A DNA stretch of 64,000 bases from a virus. The DNA is taken from the IMG/VR virus record IMGVR_UViG_3300028909_000018, positions 43,555 to 107,554 of that record; one strand, given 5' to 3'. The position numbers and the translations under genes were made by a program. The notes below the pieces were generated by a model. That model ran no database searches. It saw only the letters and a list, made by a program, of their open reading frames with translations, and was not told the origin of the DNA. Positions 1 to 9,194 of this stretch are shown here, piece by piece. The stretch's first letter is position 1. Each line of letters begins with the position of its first letter.

Positions 1-72
1 CTAGTCCTGTTAGAAGAATTCCCCAATTCTTTATTTATATGCAATATACGAATTTGCATACAATGTCAACCC

Positions 73-354
73 TTATAGGAAATAATTTGTATCCTTTACC
101 TTATCCCATGGAGCCGTGTACAACTTGAAAGGACATCCACAGCCTCGAAATGTCTCCTGCCAGACTCGAATCGTCTCTTCCTCCAACGGACCCAGCACAA
201 TCTCGGCCTGATTAGGCGGCGAAATCTTTTCGATGAAGTTAACATGCACGTTTCGAAACATGAATTTGGCGAAGACTTGTGGATAGTTAACGTCTACATC
301 GAAGACGAATCGGGCAACGTAGTGCATTTTTTTCCTTTTGAAGAAGTTAAACAT
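73..354 (-). CDS. hypothetical protein
   Basis: 93-aa ORF co-oriented and tightly packed with neighbours. Confidence 0.6.
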   Translation of the reverse strand: MFNFFKRKKMHYVARFVFDVDVNYPQVFAKFMFRNVHVNFIEKISPPNQAEIVLGPLEEETIRVWQETFRGCGCPFKLYTAPWDKVKDTNYFL

Positions 355-361
355 TTGTTAT

Positions 362-727
362 TTATAGAATAAAATACGCGGTGACGAACAGGGTAAGAAA
401 ATGAATCGTCTGATCCAGACCCACGACGACGAAGAAATTATGCCTGTCACCTTTCTTATAGAAATATGACGATGCCCTAGACGTGATGAAGTCAACACCA
501 AAATGGATGACGCCATTTATTAAGGCAAATAGGAGAATATCGTTTGTGTCTATACCAAAACGAAAAATAAAAATACCCAAAAATAATATCAGGGTATACA
601 CACCGACATGTGCTGCCAGCGCCTCGTTGTTAACACTTTTATTCTGTGCCATCCAATCATTTTGGAGAAAGAAGTCTCCATACCAATGTATAAGAAGCAA
701 CACGAGAATGAGAGGTAGACTAATCAT
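362..727 (-). CDS. DUF3307-like membrane protein
   Basis: HxxGDFFLQ..M, H.GVY, HF.VD, GLDQ..H motifs; hydrophobic helices. Confidence 0.8.
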   Translation of the reverse strand: MISLPLILVLLLIHWYGDFFLQNDWMAQNKSVNNEALAAHVGVYTLILFLGIFIFRFGIDTNDILLFALINGVIHFGVDFITSRASSYFYKKGDRHNFFVVVGLDQTIHFLTLFVTAYFIL

Positions 728-745
728 TTCAAATCCTTTTTAAGT

Positions 746-821
746 TGGTAGTCCGTGTCAGGTTCGAACTGACAACCTTGGAATTAAAAGTTCCTTGCTC
801 CACCCATTGAGCTAACGGACT
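746..821 (-). tRNA. tRNA-Lys(UUU)
   Basis: cloverleaf, anticodon loop CTTTTAA, GTTCGAAC T-arm, encoded CCA. Confidence 0.92.
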
Positions 822-825
822 GGAA

Positions 826-902
826 TGGTAGACTTGGAGTGATTCGGACACTCGACCTTTCGCTTAAGAGGCGTCTGCTCTAACCAACTGAGCTACAAGT
901 CC
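826..902 (-). tRNA. tRNA-Lys(CUU), atypical T-loop (TCCGAAT)
   Basis: cloverleaf, loop CTCTTAA, encoded CCA; GATAAATA just upstream. Confidence 0.88.
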
Positions 903-908
903 AAAAAG

Positions 909-1121
909 TTATTTATCTTTCCTGTTTCTGATGTAATCCTCGACGTTCAAAAGATTCCTGAGCATTTCTCTACGCGCCATCGCATATTCAGGTCCAAGAA
1001 CCAGAAGATCATTAGTCAAACGATTAAACAGAACACGAAGTTTTTCCAGTTCTTCATCAGTGACATGATCACCGTAGTAAAACTTTTTATAAATTCCGGC
1101 CAACTCTGTATCAAATCTCAT
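909..1121 (-). CDS. hypothetical protein
   Basis: 70-aa ORF with AGAGGA RBS. Confidence 0.65.
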   Translation of the reverse strand: MRFDTELAGIYKKFYYGDHVTDEELEKLRVLFNRLTNDLLVLGPEYAMARREMLRNLLNVEDYIRNRKDK

Positions 1122-1146
1122 ATTATATCCTCTCTAAAAAGTATGT

Positions 1147-1440
1147 GGGAGACTCGCGGTATCACGCGAATAATATACCCCTCTGTGCCTGTCGGTCAGT
1201 AGATAAATGCATGTCATCACACACATTCAGGGCTCCTATCTCATCTCCAAATAAGTTCTGGAGCTATGCCTAGCTTCAACGAGACCGATTTTACTCGTCC
1301 CTCCACTCCTAACATTAATTTAAGTCCCGCCCTCCAGATAGCGGTTCCGAGGTAGTTCCCGATCTCGTCCTAGAACACGTCTACCTGTGTTCAGGACCAG
1401 CCAGATAGCGACTCTGGCAATTCCGTAATCTTACTCTCCC
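1147..1440 (-). ncRNA. candidate large structured ncRNA (~295 nt)
   Basis: ORF-free interval; terminal GGGAGA/UCUCCC helix, many internal hairpins, a 10-bp long-range helix, possible pseudoknot. Confidence 0.6.
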
Positions 1441-1442
1441 TC

Positions 1443-1874
1443 TTAGAGATTGTCAATGGCCTCTTTTAGAGATTCTAGAGTATCGACACCTTTTTGAGAA
1501 TAACCAACCTTCCATTCTTTTCCGTCCCAAACGTAGGCATATTCCGTCCAACAGTCGGGCATAGGCCATATATATTCCAGAGTCTCGGCTTCAAAAGCCT
1601 TGACATCTTCCCAAGGTTCATTACCACGATCCCTAAAGTAGGCGACACAATAGCCGTCAACCTTATTCTCCCAGCTATGCCCCTTGGGTTTGGTGCATTT
1701 CGGACCAAGAATCGACAAATTCCCCAGCCCGATCAGCTTCTCGGCCTTCTTGGTGGAATTATAATTCTCGAATAATATCTTACCATTATGTCTCACATAA
1801 CCATCCCAATGGCAGTAAATACGACGCCAGACGCCATCCTTACACAAAACAATAATATCACTTCTGGTTCCCAT
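1443..1874 (-). CDS. conserved phage hypothetical protein (MGTRS.I...IYCHWDGY family)
   Basis: recognisable N-terminal motif; AGGAG RBS. Confidence 0.8.
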   Translation of the reverse strand: MGTRSDIIVLCKDGVWRRIYCHWDGYVRHNGKILFENYNSTKKAEKLIGLGNLSILGPKCTKPKGHSWENKVDGYCVAYFRDRGNEPWEDVKAFEAETLEYIWPMPDCWTEYAYVWDGKEWKVGYSQKGVDTLESLKEAIDNL

Positions 1875-2385
1875 GATACATACTCCTATGATTTGAACAA
1901 TATCACTTTAAATCATTTTTAAACGTTGTCAACCACTTTTTTCTCTTTCATCGGAGAAACAGAAGGAACCTTCGCCTTCTCTTGAAACTTTCCGCCCCAC
2001 ACCGCGTCGTAGACACCCAAGTTATAGGCCGACGCCAGAATTTGCATCACTTCTCTATAAGAAACAAATTCGTCTGGCGTATTAAACACCGACTGACATT
2101 GTTTATGCATCCATGCCAGCGTCGCCGGATCAGTGATACGCAGTTCTACCGGAAGCGGAAAGAAAGGTATGTAATCAAGAAAATGTTGTGACATGGCACC
2201 CTCACTTGAACCCCATAAAAAAATCATTGATGGAAAGCGTATCAATCCCACCAAAATATTGGATGATTCCTGCGAAAATTATCATAATAGTAATGATAAG
2301 CATGAGGGCGAGGCAATGTTCAACGAATCGCCGGATTATCTGTTCTCGACGCCACACCTTGGCGAAATCTTCCATGTGGCTCATT

Positions 2386-2577
2386 TCAATATTCCTCCAG
2401 AATTTCGCCAGTATCTTTGTTCTTGATGAAAGCATACTGATAAGAATGTTGACGATACTCCCTCACCGTCTCAATAGCCTCCGAAAGGGTGAAACAATCC
2501 TCCAGATGCTCGGGCTCGGCACCATATCCGTAGACATCATTCCAGCCGCCCCAAATTTCATAATGTGGATAATTCAT
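2386..2577 (-). CDS. hypothetical early protein
   Basis: GGAGG RBS before MNYPHYE, downstream of a TTGACA promoter. Confidence 0.55.
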   Translation of the reverse strand: MNYPHYEIWGGWNDVYGYGAEPEHLEDCFTLSEAIETVREYRQHSYQYAFIKNKDTGEILEEY

Positions 2578-2661
2578 GATAAAAAACCTCCGCGTTGATA
2601 TGATCAATATAAATGGTTTTGATTCTATGTCAAGCGATAAATATCAAAAAAGAAGGATTTT

Positions 2662-4017
2662 ATGACAGAACGAGCATTTGGTTTTGATAACAGGCATTGG
2701 TGGGGCGTCGTCGTCAACGTCATGGACCCTGACAAGGAGGGTCGTGTCCAAGTTAGAATCCATGGCCTGCATGACGATGCGACTAATATTCCTGATTCTG
2801 CTCTACCATGGGTCAAACCTCTACAAAATATAACTTCGGCAGCACATAATAAAATTGGCAAGATTCCTGTCGGCCTGATCGTCGGATCGACGGTATTTGG
2901 GGTCTTCCTCGACGGGGATCAACAACAGCCGATAATGATGGGAACCATCGCCAAGGCTGGTGACGCAAGTAGTACAGAAACAACAGGAGGATCGGAATCT
3001 CTAAAACAAGGAACCAATTCTACGCCTCCCGGTGGGAGAATATTTGATAATGGTTTCTCGACCAGAAGCACTCAGAATATTAAGACAGATGACCAGACCA
3101 AGATCACATATCCAAATTACACACCAACCGAGCAAAATGATTCCGATGGCAAGGATATCACCGAGGATGCCCGTAAGAAGACAAAGTTCTATAGTATTCC
3201 CACCGTAGCATCATTAACTTCTATCGGTGGATCGATTCTTCAGCAGCTTCAGACTGTTGATCCACAGAATCTCAATGCAGTTCTTCCCAATGCGATTTCA
3301 TCATTTATTAAGATGAAAGATATTTCCGACCTCGGATCGACCTCGGGACTTCAAGGCGCGATGGGGAACATGTTGGGATCGGCGTTATCATCGATTTCTG
3401 GCCAGCTAGGAGCCTCCACAGTCATCAACGCACTATCGGCAGGACTGTCGGGTGCCACCCTATCCAGCACGGCCCAGAGCGTCTTATCGACGGCCCTGAT
3501 GAACATGGGTCAGACGCCCGTTCTTTCCGACACCATGAATAGCGTGACGAATCAGTCTCTCCAGTCTTTAATTAATATGATTTTACCGCTGCTACAGAAC
3601 GGTTCCGTCTCGGCCTCTGCCCTCGAATCCATCATCGCGCTGTTTTTAGAACAACTTCAAAATAATGGAATGCAGAGCATTCTCGGTGCTGGGATCACGC
3701 CTGCCAGCATCCTATCAAACCTATCGAGTGTTCTACCGACCATCGCCGGGGCAATTAACACCACGCTCGATACCCACCTTCCAAAATCTGTTTTAGATAA
3801 TTCTATATTGACTCAGGCGCTTCAGAAGTTTTCAACGAATCAGGCCTTTCTGAAGGCTCCTACGAACGGCAGGAAGGCACTTGCCATCAAGGCGGCGGAA
3901 GGGTCGGCCAATCAGCCCCAGAGCGTCATGGACACCATCTCTTCCCTTCCCGGAGTTGCACAAGGAGTGACCACCAATACAATCCAAGGTCTAGGAAATC
4001 TATTCGCAGGAAGTTAA
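2662..4017 (+). CDS. gp5-like baseplate hub protein (N-terminal OB-fold, no recognisable lysozyme domain)
   Basis: WWGVV.NV.DP.KEGRVQVRIHGLH...LPW...GS.VFG.FLDG..QQP matches the Gp5 OB-fold; GATAAATA at 2636-2643. Confidence 0.8.
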   Translation: MTERAFGFDNRHWWGVVVNVMDPDKEGRVQVRIHGLHDDATNIPDSALPWVKPLQNITSAAHNKIGKIPVGLIVGSTVFGVFLDGDQQQPIMMGTIAKAGDASSTETTGGSESLKQGTNSTPPGGRIFDNGFSTRSTQNIKTDDQTKITYPNYTPTEQNDSDGKDITEDARKKTKFYSIPTVASLTSIGGSILQQLQTVDPQNLNAVLPNAISSFIKMKDISDLGSTSGLQGAMGNMLGSALSSISGQLGASTVINALSAGLSGATLSSTAQSVLSTALMNMGQTPVLSDTMNSVTNQSLQSLINMILPLLQNGSVSASALESIIALFLEQLQNNGMQSILGAGITPASILSNLSSVLPTIAGAINTTLDTHLPKSVLDNSILTQALQKFSTNQAFLKAPTNGRKALAIKAAEGSANQPQSVMDTISSLPGVAQGVTTNTIQGLGNLFAGS

Positions 4018-4373
4018 TAAATTATTCCTTTTACTTCCTTAATTTTCTTAAGCTTGGCACCAATAAGATCAAACGACTCATTATCGATCAGCCAATCGTT
4101 CTTGCGAGTCTTATTAATTTGATCACGCCTTGCGAGACTCAACATCATATAGGCATATTCAAGCAATTTTTCTGTTGAATAGTTGTCAGGATCGTAGGTC
4201 ATTTTTATTCTCCCCGAATGAATGTCAAAAGACGATTTAGAAAATTGATTTCATTATCAATTTCCCAATAACTGTCTCCCTTATCAGAGAGACAGGATTG
4301 TTCGATAATTCTCATAGCGAGGCGGGTTTTAATCATACCCGCCGTGTTTATGAGTTTTTCTTTATTATCCATA

Positions 4374-4928
4374 TTATACCACCTTTTCAAACTTGGGACG
4401 GGAGACAATGGTCTGATTCACGCCTTCACGAACCGAATGATCCTTGACCGTCGCCTTGCCCTTTACGGCATCACCACGAGCGGCTTCCAGATACTTCGAA
4501 CCCTTGTAAACGACGACGTTACCGGCCTCGTCCTTAAGGATATGAATATGGAGCATACCGAAGTCAGTCTCGTAAGAGAAGTGGTTTTGCATGGTGAGGG
4601 TGAAATCCTGACGCTTACCAACCTCACCAACGAAGACCGAAGCGGCGTCAGCAGCCTTCCAAGCCGCCTTACGCTCGTCTTCCTTGGCGAAAATCTTACG
4701 AACGGCAGCTTCCTGACCAGCGGTGAGGGAGCCCCAATCGGCATAATTCGTCAGCATGGTGCTGATGAAGCTGTTAGAAGACTTGTACATCTTCTCGACC
4801 AGAACGGCGCGGGTGGCGTCTTCGGCCATCCAACGTGCAGCTTTGCTCTTTTTCGCATTGGCCATCTTGTAGCCCTCAATCGCGGGAAAGTAACGGTCGG
4901 CGTGGTCATGTTGTTCGTCGTAGGCCAT
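4374..4928 (-). CDS. hypothetical phage protein with probable C-terminal OB-fold
   Basis: 184 aa, GGAG RBS, sigma70-like promoter upstream. Confidence 0.7.
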   Translation of the reverse strand: MAYDEQHDHADRYFPAIEGYKMANAKKSKAARWMAEDATRAVLVEKMYKSSNSFISTMLTNYADWGSLTAGQEAAVRKIFAKEDERKAAWKAADAASVFVGEVGKRQDFTLTMQNHFSYETDFGMLHIHILKDEAGNVVVYKGSKYLEAARGDAVKGKATVKDHSVREGVNQTIVSRPKFEKVV

Positions 4929-4956
4929 GATGTTTCTCCGTTGTTCCGATGATATG

Positions 4957-4985
4957 AATATAAATCATTCATATCGGGATGTCAA
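4957..4985 (-). promoter_or_regulatory. sigma70-like early promoter
   Basis: TTGACA-N17-TATATT on the minus strand. Confidence 0.7.
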
Positions 4986-5002
4986 CGGATATTTTTAAAA
5001 AA

Positions 5003-5148
5003 TTAGAGAAATTTCTGATTAAACGCCTTTGGATCAATCCAAGCACAAAAAATTAGGAATGCAACCATAGGGTTACGTGTCATCCAGATCACGAGGGCAG
5101 CACCGGCGATGATGGCCAGATCGATGAGGAATGTTTTCACATGTTTCA
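5003..5148 (-). CDS. small membrane protein (~48 aa, MKHVKTFLIDLAIIAGAALVIW...)
   Basis: AAAGGA RBS, hydrophobic; below the ORF-track cutoff; ends approximate. Confidence 0.5.
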
Positions 5149-5167
5149 TGACAAAAATCCTTTAAAA

Positions 5168-5262
5168 GAAGAGAATAACAGGGGTCGAACCTGTCACCTT
5201 ACGTCATTTCCATGGTTGGATCGTAAGGTATGGAGCCTTGCAAACTTCACTTGACGCTACTC
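5168..5262 (-). ncRNA. tRNA-like element (T-arm plus long hairpin)
   Basis: ACAGG-TTCGACC-CCTGT T-arm, 8-bp ACCTTACG/CGTAAGGT stem, no normal anticodon arm. Confidence 0.4.
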
Positions 5263-5589
5263 AACTAGCCTTTCACGCCATATTACTGTGCATACCGTAT
5301 TCTCATAGATGGCGGAAACACCCATATCCGACATGGACTCCCTTTCGAGAGCAATCTGTTTAGCAAACAGTTGCCGATCCCCTCGGCTTGTCATTTCCAT
5401 TAAATTTGGCGGAAGAGTGGCTGTGTCGATCACCATACGATTACTCATCGTACCATCCGATTTCAAGTCGGTGAAGGGAGCCGTCCCTCATACTCTTCCA
5501 TATTTCTATTTATTCTTTTTAATTTAGTATTTTGACCTTTGTATGTTAGCGTCTGAGAATGACAATTAGGACATATAACCATAAGATTT

Positions 5590-5772
5590 TTATTTGAAAT
5601 CCGAAGGTACGGTTTCAATCCAAGTTTGTTTTTCATCAGAAACATACAAAACCTTGTCATAATTCTCGAAAAACTCCTTACTATCCACGTCATCCCGGAA
5701 ATTCCGAAGATGCTCGTTTATCTGATCATTGTCAAGTCCCTTATCGACCCTAACGTGAAAAATATATTTCAT
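5590..5772 (-). CDS. hypothetical protein
   Basis: AGGAG RBS before MKYIFHV. Confidence 0.55.
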   Translation of the reverse strand: MKYIFHVRVDKGLDNDQINEHLRNFRDDVDSKEFFENYDKVLYVSDEKQTWIETVPSDFK

Positions 5773-5782
5773 TTTTTTTCTC

Positions 5783-6787
5783 CTATTTAAAATAAAGTAA
5801 ACGAGTGTCACCCACGAGATGACGGTTTGTTGATGTGGACTGAATGAAAAGTTCATACTGTCCATGATCCTTCGGAGAGACACGAACCTCACGATCCGTT
5901 GGAAGGCCTAGAAGATCACGAGCATCATCGCCAGAATAGGTCTTTCCAGACTTCTTATGCTTGATACAAATTTTCTTTGATGCCTGCACCTTCTCAGATT
6001 TATTTAGCTGATAATATGCCGAACCAATATTATATTCTCCAAAATGCTCGATACAGAAGTCGCGAATCTCAGTCTTGTTATACTTCTCAGGAACCCATAG
6101 AATTTGAACCTTGTCGGTGATATCATCAAGATTACGCTTGACTTCAGATATGGAGACATTCGAAAGGTCTGTGTAGAACGAGCTAGAACTGGTTAGACCA
6201 CGAGTACGATCACTGAAATAAGCCCGTGTGGCCTGTGTCGAAACCTGTGTGGACTGACGAAGACCCTTCTCGGTGACTTCCCATTCGATGACGTTGCCAA
6301 CGGGAATACCAAGATTGGTGATGTATGAACCATAACCCTTGGGAACACGGAAGGCGAAAGTCCACTTATCAGTAGACTGGAGATGACGGATACGAGATGC
6401 AACCTGTGGGGCTATTTCGCCGTGAACATTATTTCCACCGTCAGTGATAACCATGATCAGGTAGGCGGTATCGCTATTCTCGTTTTCCTCGGAAATTGTA
6501 TCAATCATCAAATTAATGGCATCTAGAAGCGGCGTCGATCCACCATTCGCATAGTAGGATGTAATATTTCTAAGCGTCGCGACGTTCTCGTCTTTGATGA
6601 TGACGCGATTTATGGTTCTAAAGTTGACGGCCACGCCACATTCCACGACAGTCACAAGACCCTTGTGGTTCTTGTCGATGGAAGACTTCAGACTATCAAC
6701 GGTAAGGTTGTAATCGTTGATGGCTCCTGTGATATACGACTGCATGGAGCCGGAATGATCACGAATAATACCAATTTTAGTTTTCAT
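5783..6787 (-). CDS. von Willebrand factor A (VWA) domain protein
   Basis: MIDAS DHSGS, STPLLDA, ITDG. Confidence 0.85.
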   Translation of the reverse strand: MKTKIGIIRDHSGSMQSYITGAINDYNLTVDSLKSSIDKNHKGLVTVVECGVAVNFRTINRVIIKDENVATLRNITSYYANGGSTPLLDAINLMIDTISEENENSDTAYLIMVITDGGNNVHGEIAPQVASRIRHLQSTDKWTFAFRVPKGYGSYITNLGIPVGNVIEWEVTEKGLRQSTQVSTQATRAYFSDRTRGLTSSSSFYTDLSNVSISEVKRNLDDITDKVQILWVPEKYNKTEIRDFCIEHFGEYNIGSAYYQLNKSEKVQASKKICIKHKKSGKTYSGDDARDLLGLPTDREVRVSPKDHGQYELFIQSTSTNRHLVGDTRLLYFK

Positions 6788-7052
6788 GTTTATGATAATC
6801 TCTTTCCTATATTTTTTGAAAAGCCTTCTTTGTATTCTACATTCTCCTGAATGGCTTCTTTAAATTTCTTGAATGCTGATATCAAGACAGCAATTTGAAA
6901 TCTGACCTTTTCCAATTCAAAAATATCAGGATTATTGTTCCAATTTTTGACCATCAATTCTTCTTTTTGTTTGAGGAATTTGATCTGTTTCTGAAAGGTA
7001 TCGAATTTTTGCTCTTGCCATTCGTCTTCAAACACTTTGACTGGTTCGTAAG

Positions 7053-7292
7053 TCATTTGTTATCCTTCTTGATAAGTTTGATGTTGTAATTCACGATCTT
7101 AGAATAGCTGGAATGGTCAAGATATGCCCGAACCGATGTCTCAAAGTCTGACTCCGCATTCTTGATAACCTTTTCGACTTCCTCCGTGGCCGTCTTCATA
7201 AGCACTTCCCGAAGGGCATCCCTAAGAGCAGACTTCAGAAGTGTATTATACAGTCCTTCATCAGGAAGTTTTGTCGGGTCTAACATCGCCAT
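7053..7292 (-). CDS. hypothetical protein
   Basis: coupled to the tmk stop codon. Confidence 0.6.
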   Translation of the reverse strand: MAMLDPTKLPDEGLYNTLLKSALRDALREVLMKTATEEVEKVIKNAESDFETSVRAYLDHSSYSKIVNYNIKLIKKDNK

Positions 7293-7909
7293 TATTTTTT
7301 CCTCTTTTCATATTCTTCAATGATACTTTGATGCACGGCCATCTCATCCTTACTCGCGTCGATCATGGCGAAACGATCCTGATTAGCCCACAGAGATTGA
7401 AAGTCGCCTCTTGCCTTGTCATAAAATTCAAAGGGACGTTGGTCAAAGGTGTTGAGGTTTCCTCTAATCCTAAGACGTTCTAGGGCCTCGCTGACGGGCA
7501 TGTCAAGCAAGAAGGTAATATCTGGCATGGCATACCACTCTTTGCTACCAGTCTCGACCTTGATCGAATTCCATTTGGTTGACCGACGCAGATTAATATC
7601 TACATCCTGCTGGTAGACTTCGGTGGAATCAAAAAACCTATCACAAATAACGACCTTCCCGGCGTCGATAGCTGGCCTGATCGTGTTTAAAATGTGATCC
7701 CGACGAGCGGCATAAAAAAGAAAGAATTCCGTATATTGGTCCAGATCGTTGTTGATAATGATATTACGGATTTGTTCCGCGATATAGGAGCCGCCCGGCT
7801 CTCTAGTTAGCAGAACGGGAATATTCTGTGCCTCAAGGTAAGAAGCCAAAAGTTTGGCCTGTGTACTCTTTCCGGTACCGTCTATGCCTTCAAATGTAAT
7901 AAAAATCGT
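7292..7909 (-). CDS. tmk: thymidylate kinase (apparent non-AUG start)
   Basis: FITFEGIDGTGKST P-loop lies upstream of the track start; TREPGG, CDRF, PD.TFLLD motifs. Confidence 0.9.
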   Translation of the reverse strand, partial: TIFITFEGIDGTGKSTQAKLLASYLEAQNIPVLLTREPGGSYIAEQIRNIIINNDLDQYTEFFLFYAARRDHILNTIRPAIDAGKVVICDRFFDSTEVYQQDVDINLRRSTKWNSIKVETGSKEWYAMPDITFLLDMPVSEALERLRIRGNLNTFDQRPFEFYDKARGDFQSLWANQDRFAMIDASKDEMAVHQSIIEEYEKRKK

Positions 7910-8169
7910 GTTCTTCCTCTTTATGGAGTAATTCTTTCTTCAGCAAGATAGGTTCATTAAATTTTTCAGAAAGAACCTTACAGATTTCATGCAAAAGACG
8001 TGATCTGTCGTATGGTGACCACTCATTTCTACCTTCACAAGTATTTGAAAGGATGTCCTGTGCGATGCATTTACCTACGAGCCATGCGGCAAGCTTTGTA
8101 CTATCAGGATTATTGATTACAATCTTATCCAGATTTTCTTCAATAATCGACTCAACATTATAAGACATT

Positions 8170-8391
8170 TTAATCCTCCAAAAGTTCAAATCTAAACCAA
8201 CGCCCTCCAAACATCGCAAATTGTTTGATAGCGAAGTCAGTAATTTCCCCGTCCTTACCCACGATGAACGTCATCTCATAACGAGAATCTTCTGGTATCA
8301 GCAACGTATCGATCCGCAACTCACGATTATCGATTATCTCTTGTGTATTGTTCGTGGCGTCACAGATGACCTCAAAATCATCAAGTCCCAT
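8170..8391 (-). CDS. small protein resembling a tail-sheath C-terminal segment
   Basis: DFEVICDATNNTQEIIDNREL resembles gp18 VVCD.TNNT..VID.NE. Confidence 0.6.
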   Translation of the reverse strand: MGLDDFEVICDATNNTQEIIDNRELRIDTLLIPEDSRYEMTFIVGKDGEITDFAIKQFAMFGGRWFRFELLED

Positions 8392-8538
8392 AAAAACTTT
8401 CTTATTTGAGAAGGCGGATCATTTCAGTTTCGAAACGCCTAAAGAAATGCCACTGTTCATCGAGCATCTTCTTATGAAATTCATCATAAGTTCGAATTTT
8501 CATCCATTCGCCCATCTTGGTGTAGAAATCAAAAGGCG

Positions 8539-8814
8539 TCATTGTGTTTCCTTCTGAGCATTATCAAGATACTTCTGCACGGCCACGGCATGGTTGTGAC
8601 AGTATTGATTATGCTTCCAAAGCTTGACGTAGCTCTTCGCCACGTCCTTGTTAGACTTAAACTTCTCTGGAAGCTTGACTGACCCACAGGCCAACAGATT
8701 CGATGGAGGCATGATAACCTCATAATGTGTCACCTTAATGTCCACAGGCTGTGGCGTGGCACAACCGGCCAGACACACACCAATAATCAACGCGGCGATT
8801 GTAAGCTTAATCAT
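8539..8814 (-). CDS. o-spanin-like lipoprotein
   Basis: signal peptide with lipobox LAGC, Pro-rich, follows the i-spanin. Confidence 0.75.
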   Translation of the reverse strand: MIKLTIAALIIGVCLAGCATPQPVDIKVTHYEVIMPPSNLLACGSVKLPEKFKSNKDVAKSYVKLWKHNQYCHNHAVAVQKYLDNAQKETQ

Positions 8815-9173
8815 TATTTTCTTCCCTTTAGACTTCCTAAAATTTGGTTAAAGATTGGATCGAGTTGATCGTCCTTTGTGGCGTCAACTGCGGCATTGGC
8901 GATACCGGCAGATTCTTTCACTCTCCCATCAAGGACAGAATTCTGTTCCTGAAGCTGTTGGAGATTGGTGGCGAGGGTTTTATTAACCGCCGCCATCGCG
9001 TCTTTTTCCTTGATGACTTCTTCAAGCTGCATCTGATTAAACGATGCCAAGGCTTCTTTCTTGGCCTCGTGAATTTTGAGTTCATACCACCCAAATACGA
9101 GACCGACCAACATGATGCCACCGGCAACATATCCAACAATTCTTCCGAATGGCGTGAGTAGGAAAGCAAGCAT
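8814..9173 (-). CDS. i-spanin-like protein
   Basis: N-terminal TM helix plus coiled coil; abuts the lipoprotein gene. Confidence 0.7.
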   Translation of the reverse strand: MLAFLLTPFGRIVGYVAGGIMLVGLVFGWYELKIHEAKKEALASFNQMQLEEVIKEKDAMAAVNKTLATNLQQLQEQNSVLDGRVKESAGIANAAVDATKDDQLDPIFNQILGSLKGRK

Positions 9174-9194
9174 AAAAAACCCTTTTGTGCCTAT

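Noticed and set aside
1147-1440. tmRNA, RNase P RNA or group I intron identity for the ncRNA candidate
   Set aside because: No tRNA-Ala-like ends or tag frame, no GAGGAAAGUCC/ACAGAA..CGGC RNase P signature, and no interrupted host gene.
4344-4952. Long antisense ORFs (also 9956-10402, 27157-27705, 43371-43934, 48050-48646)
   Set aside because: Shadow frames opposite well-supported genes, with no RBS or recognisable motifs.
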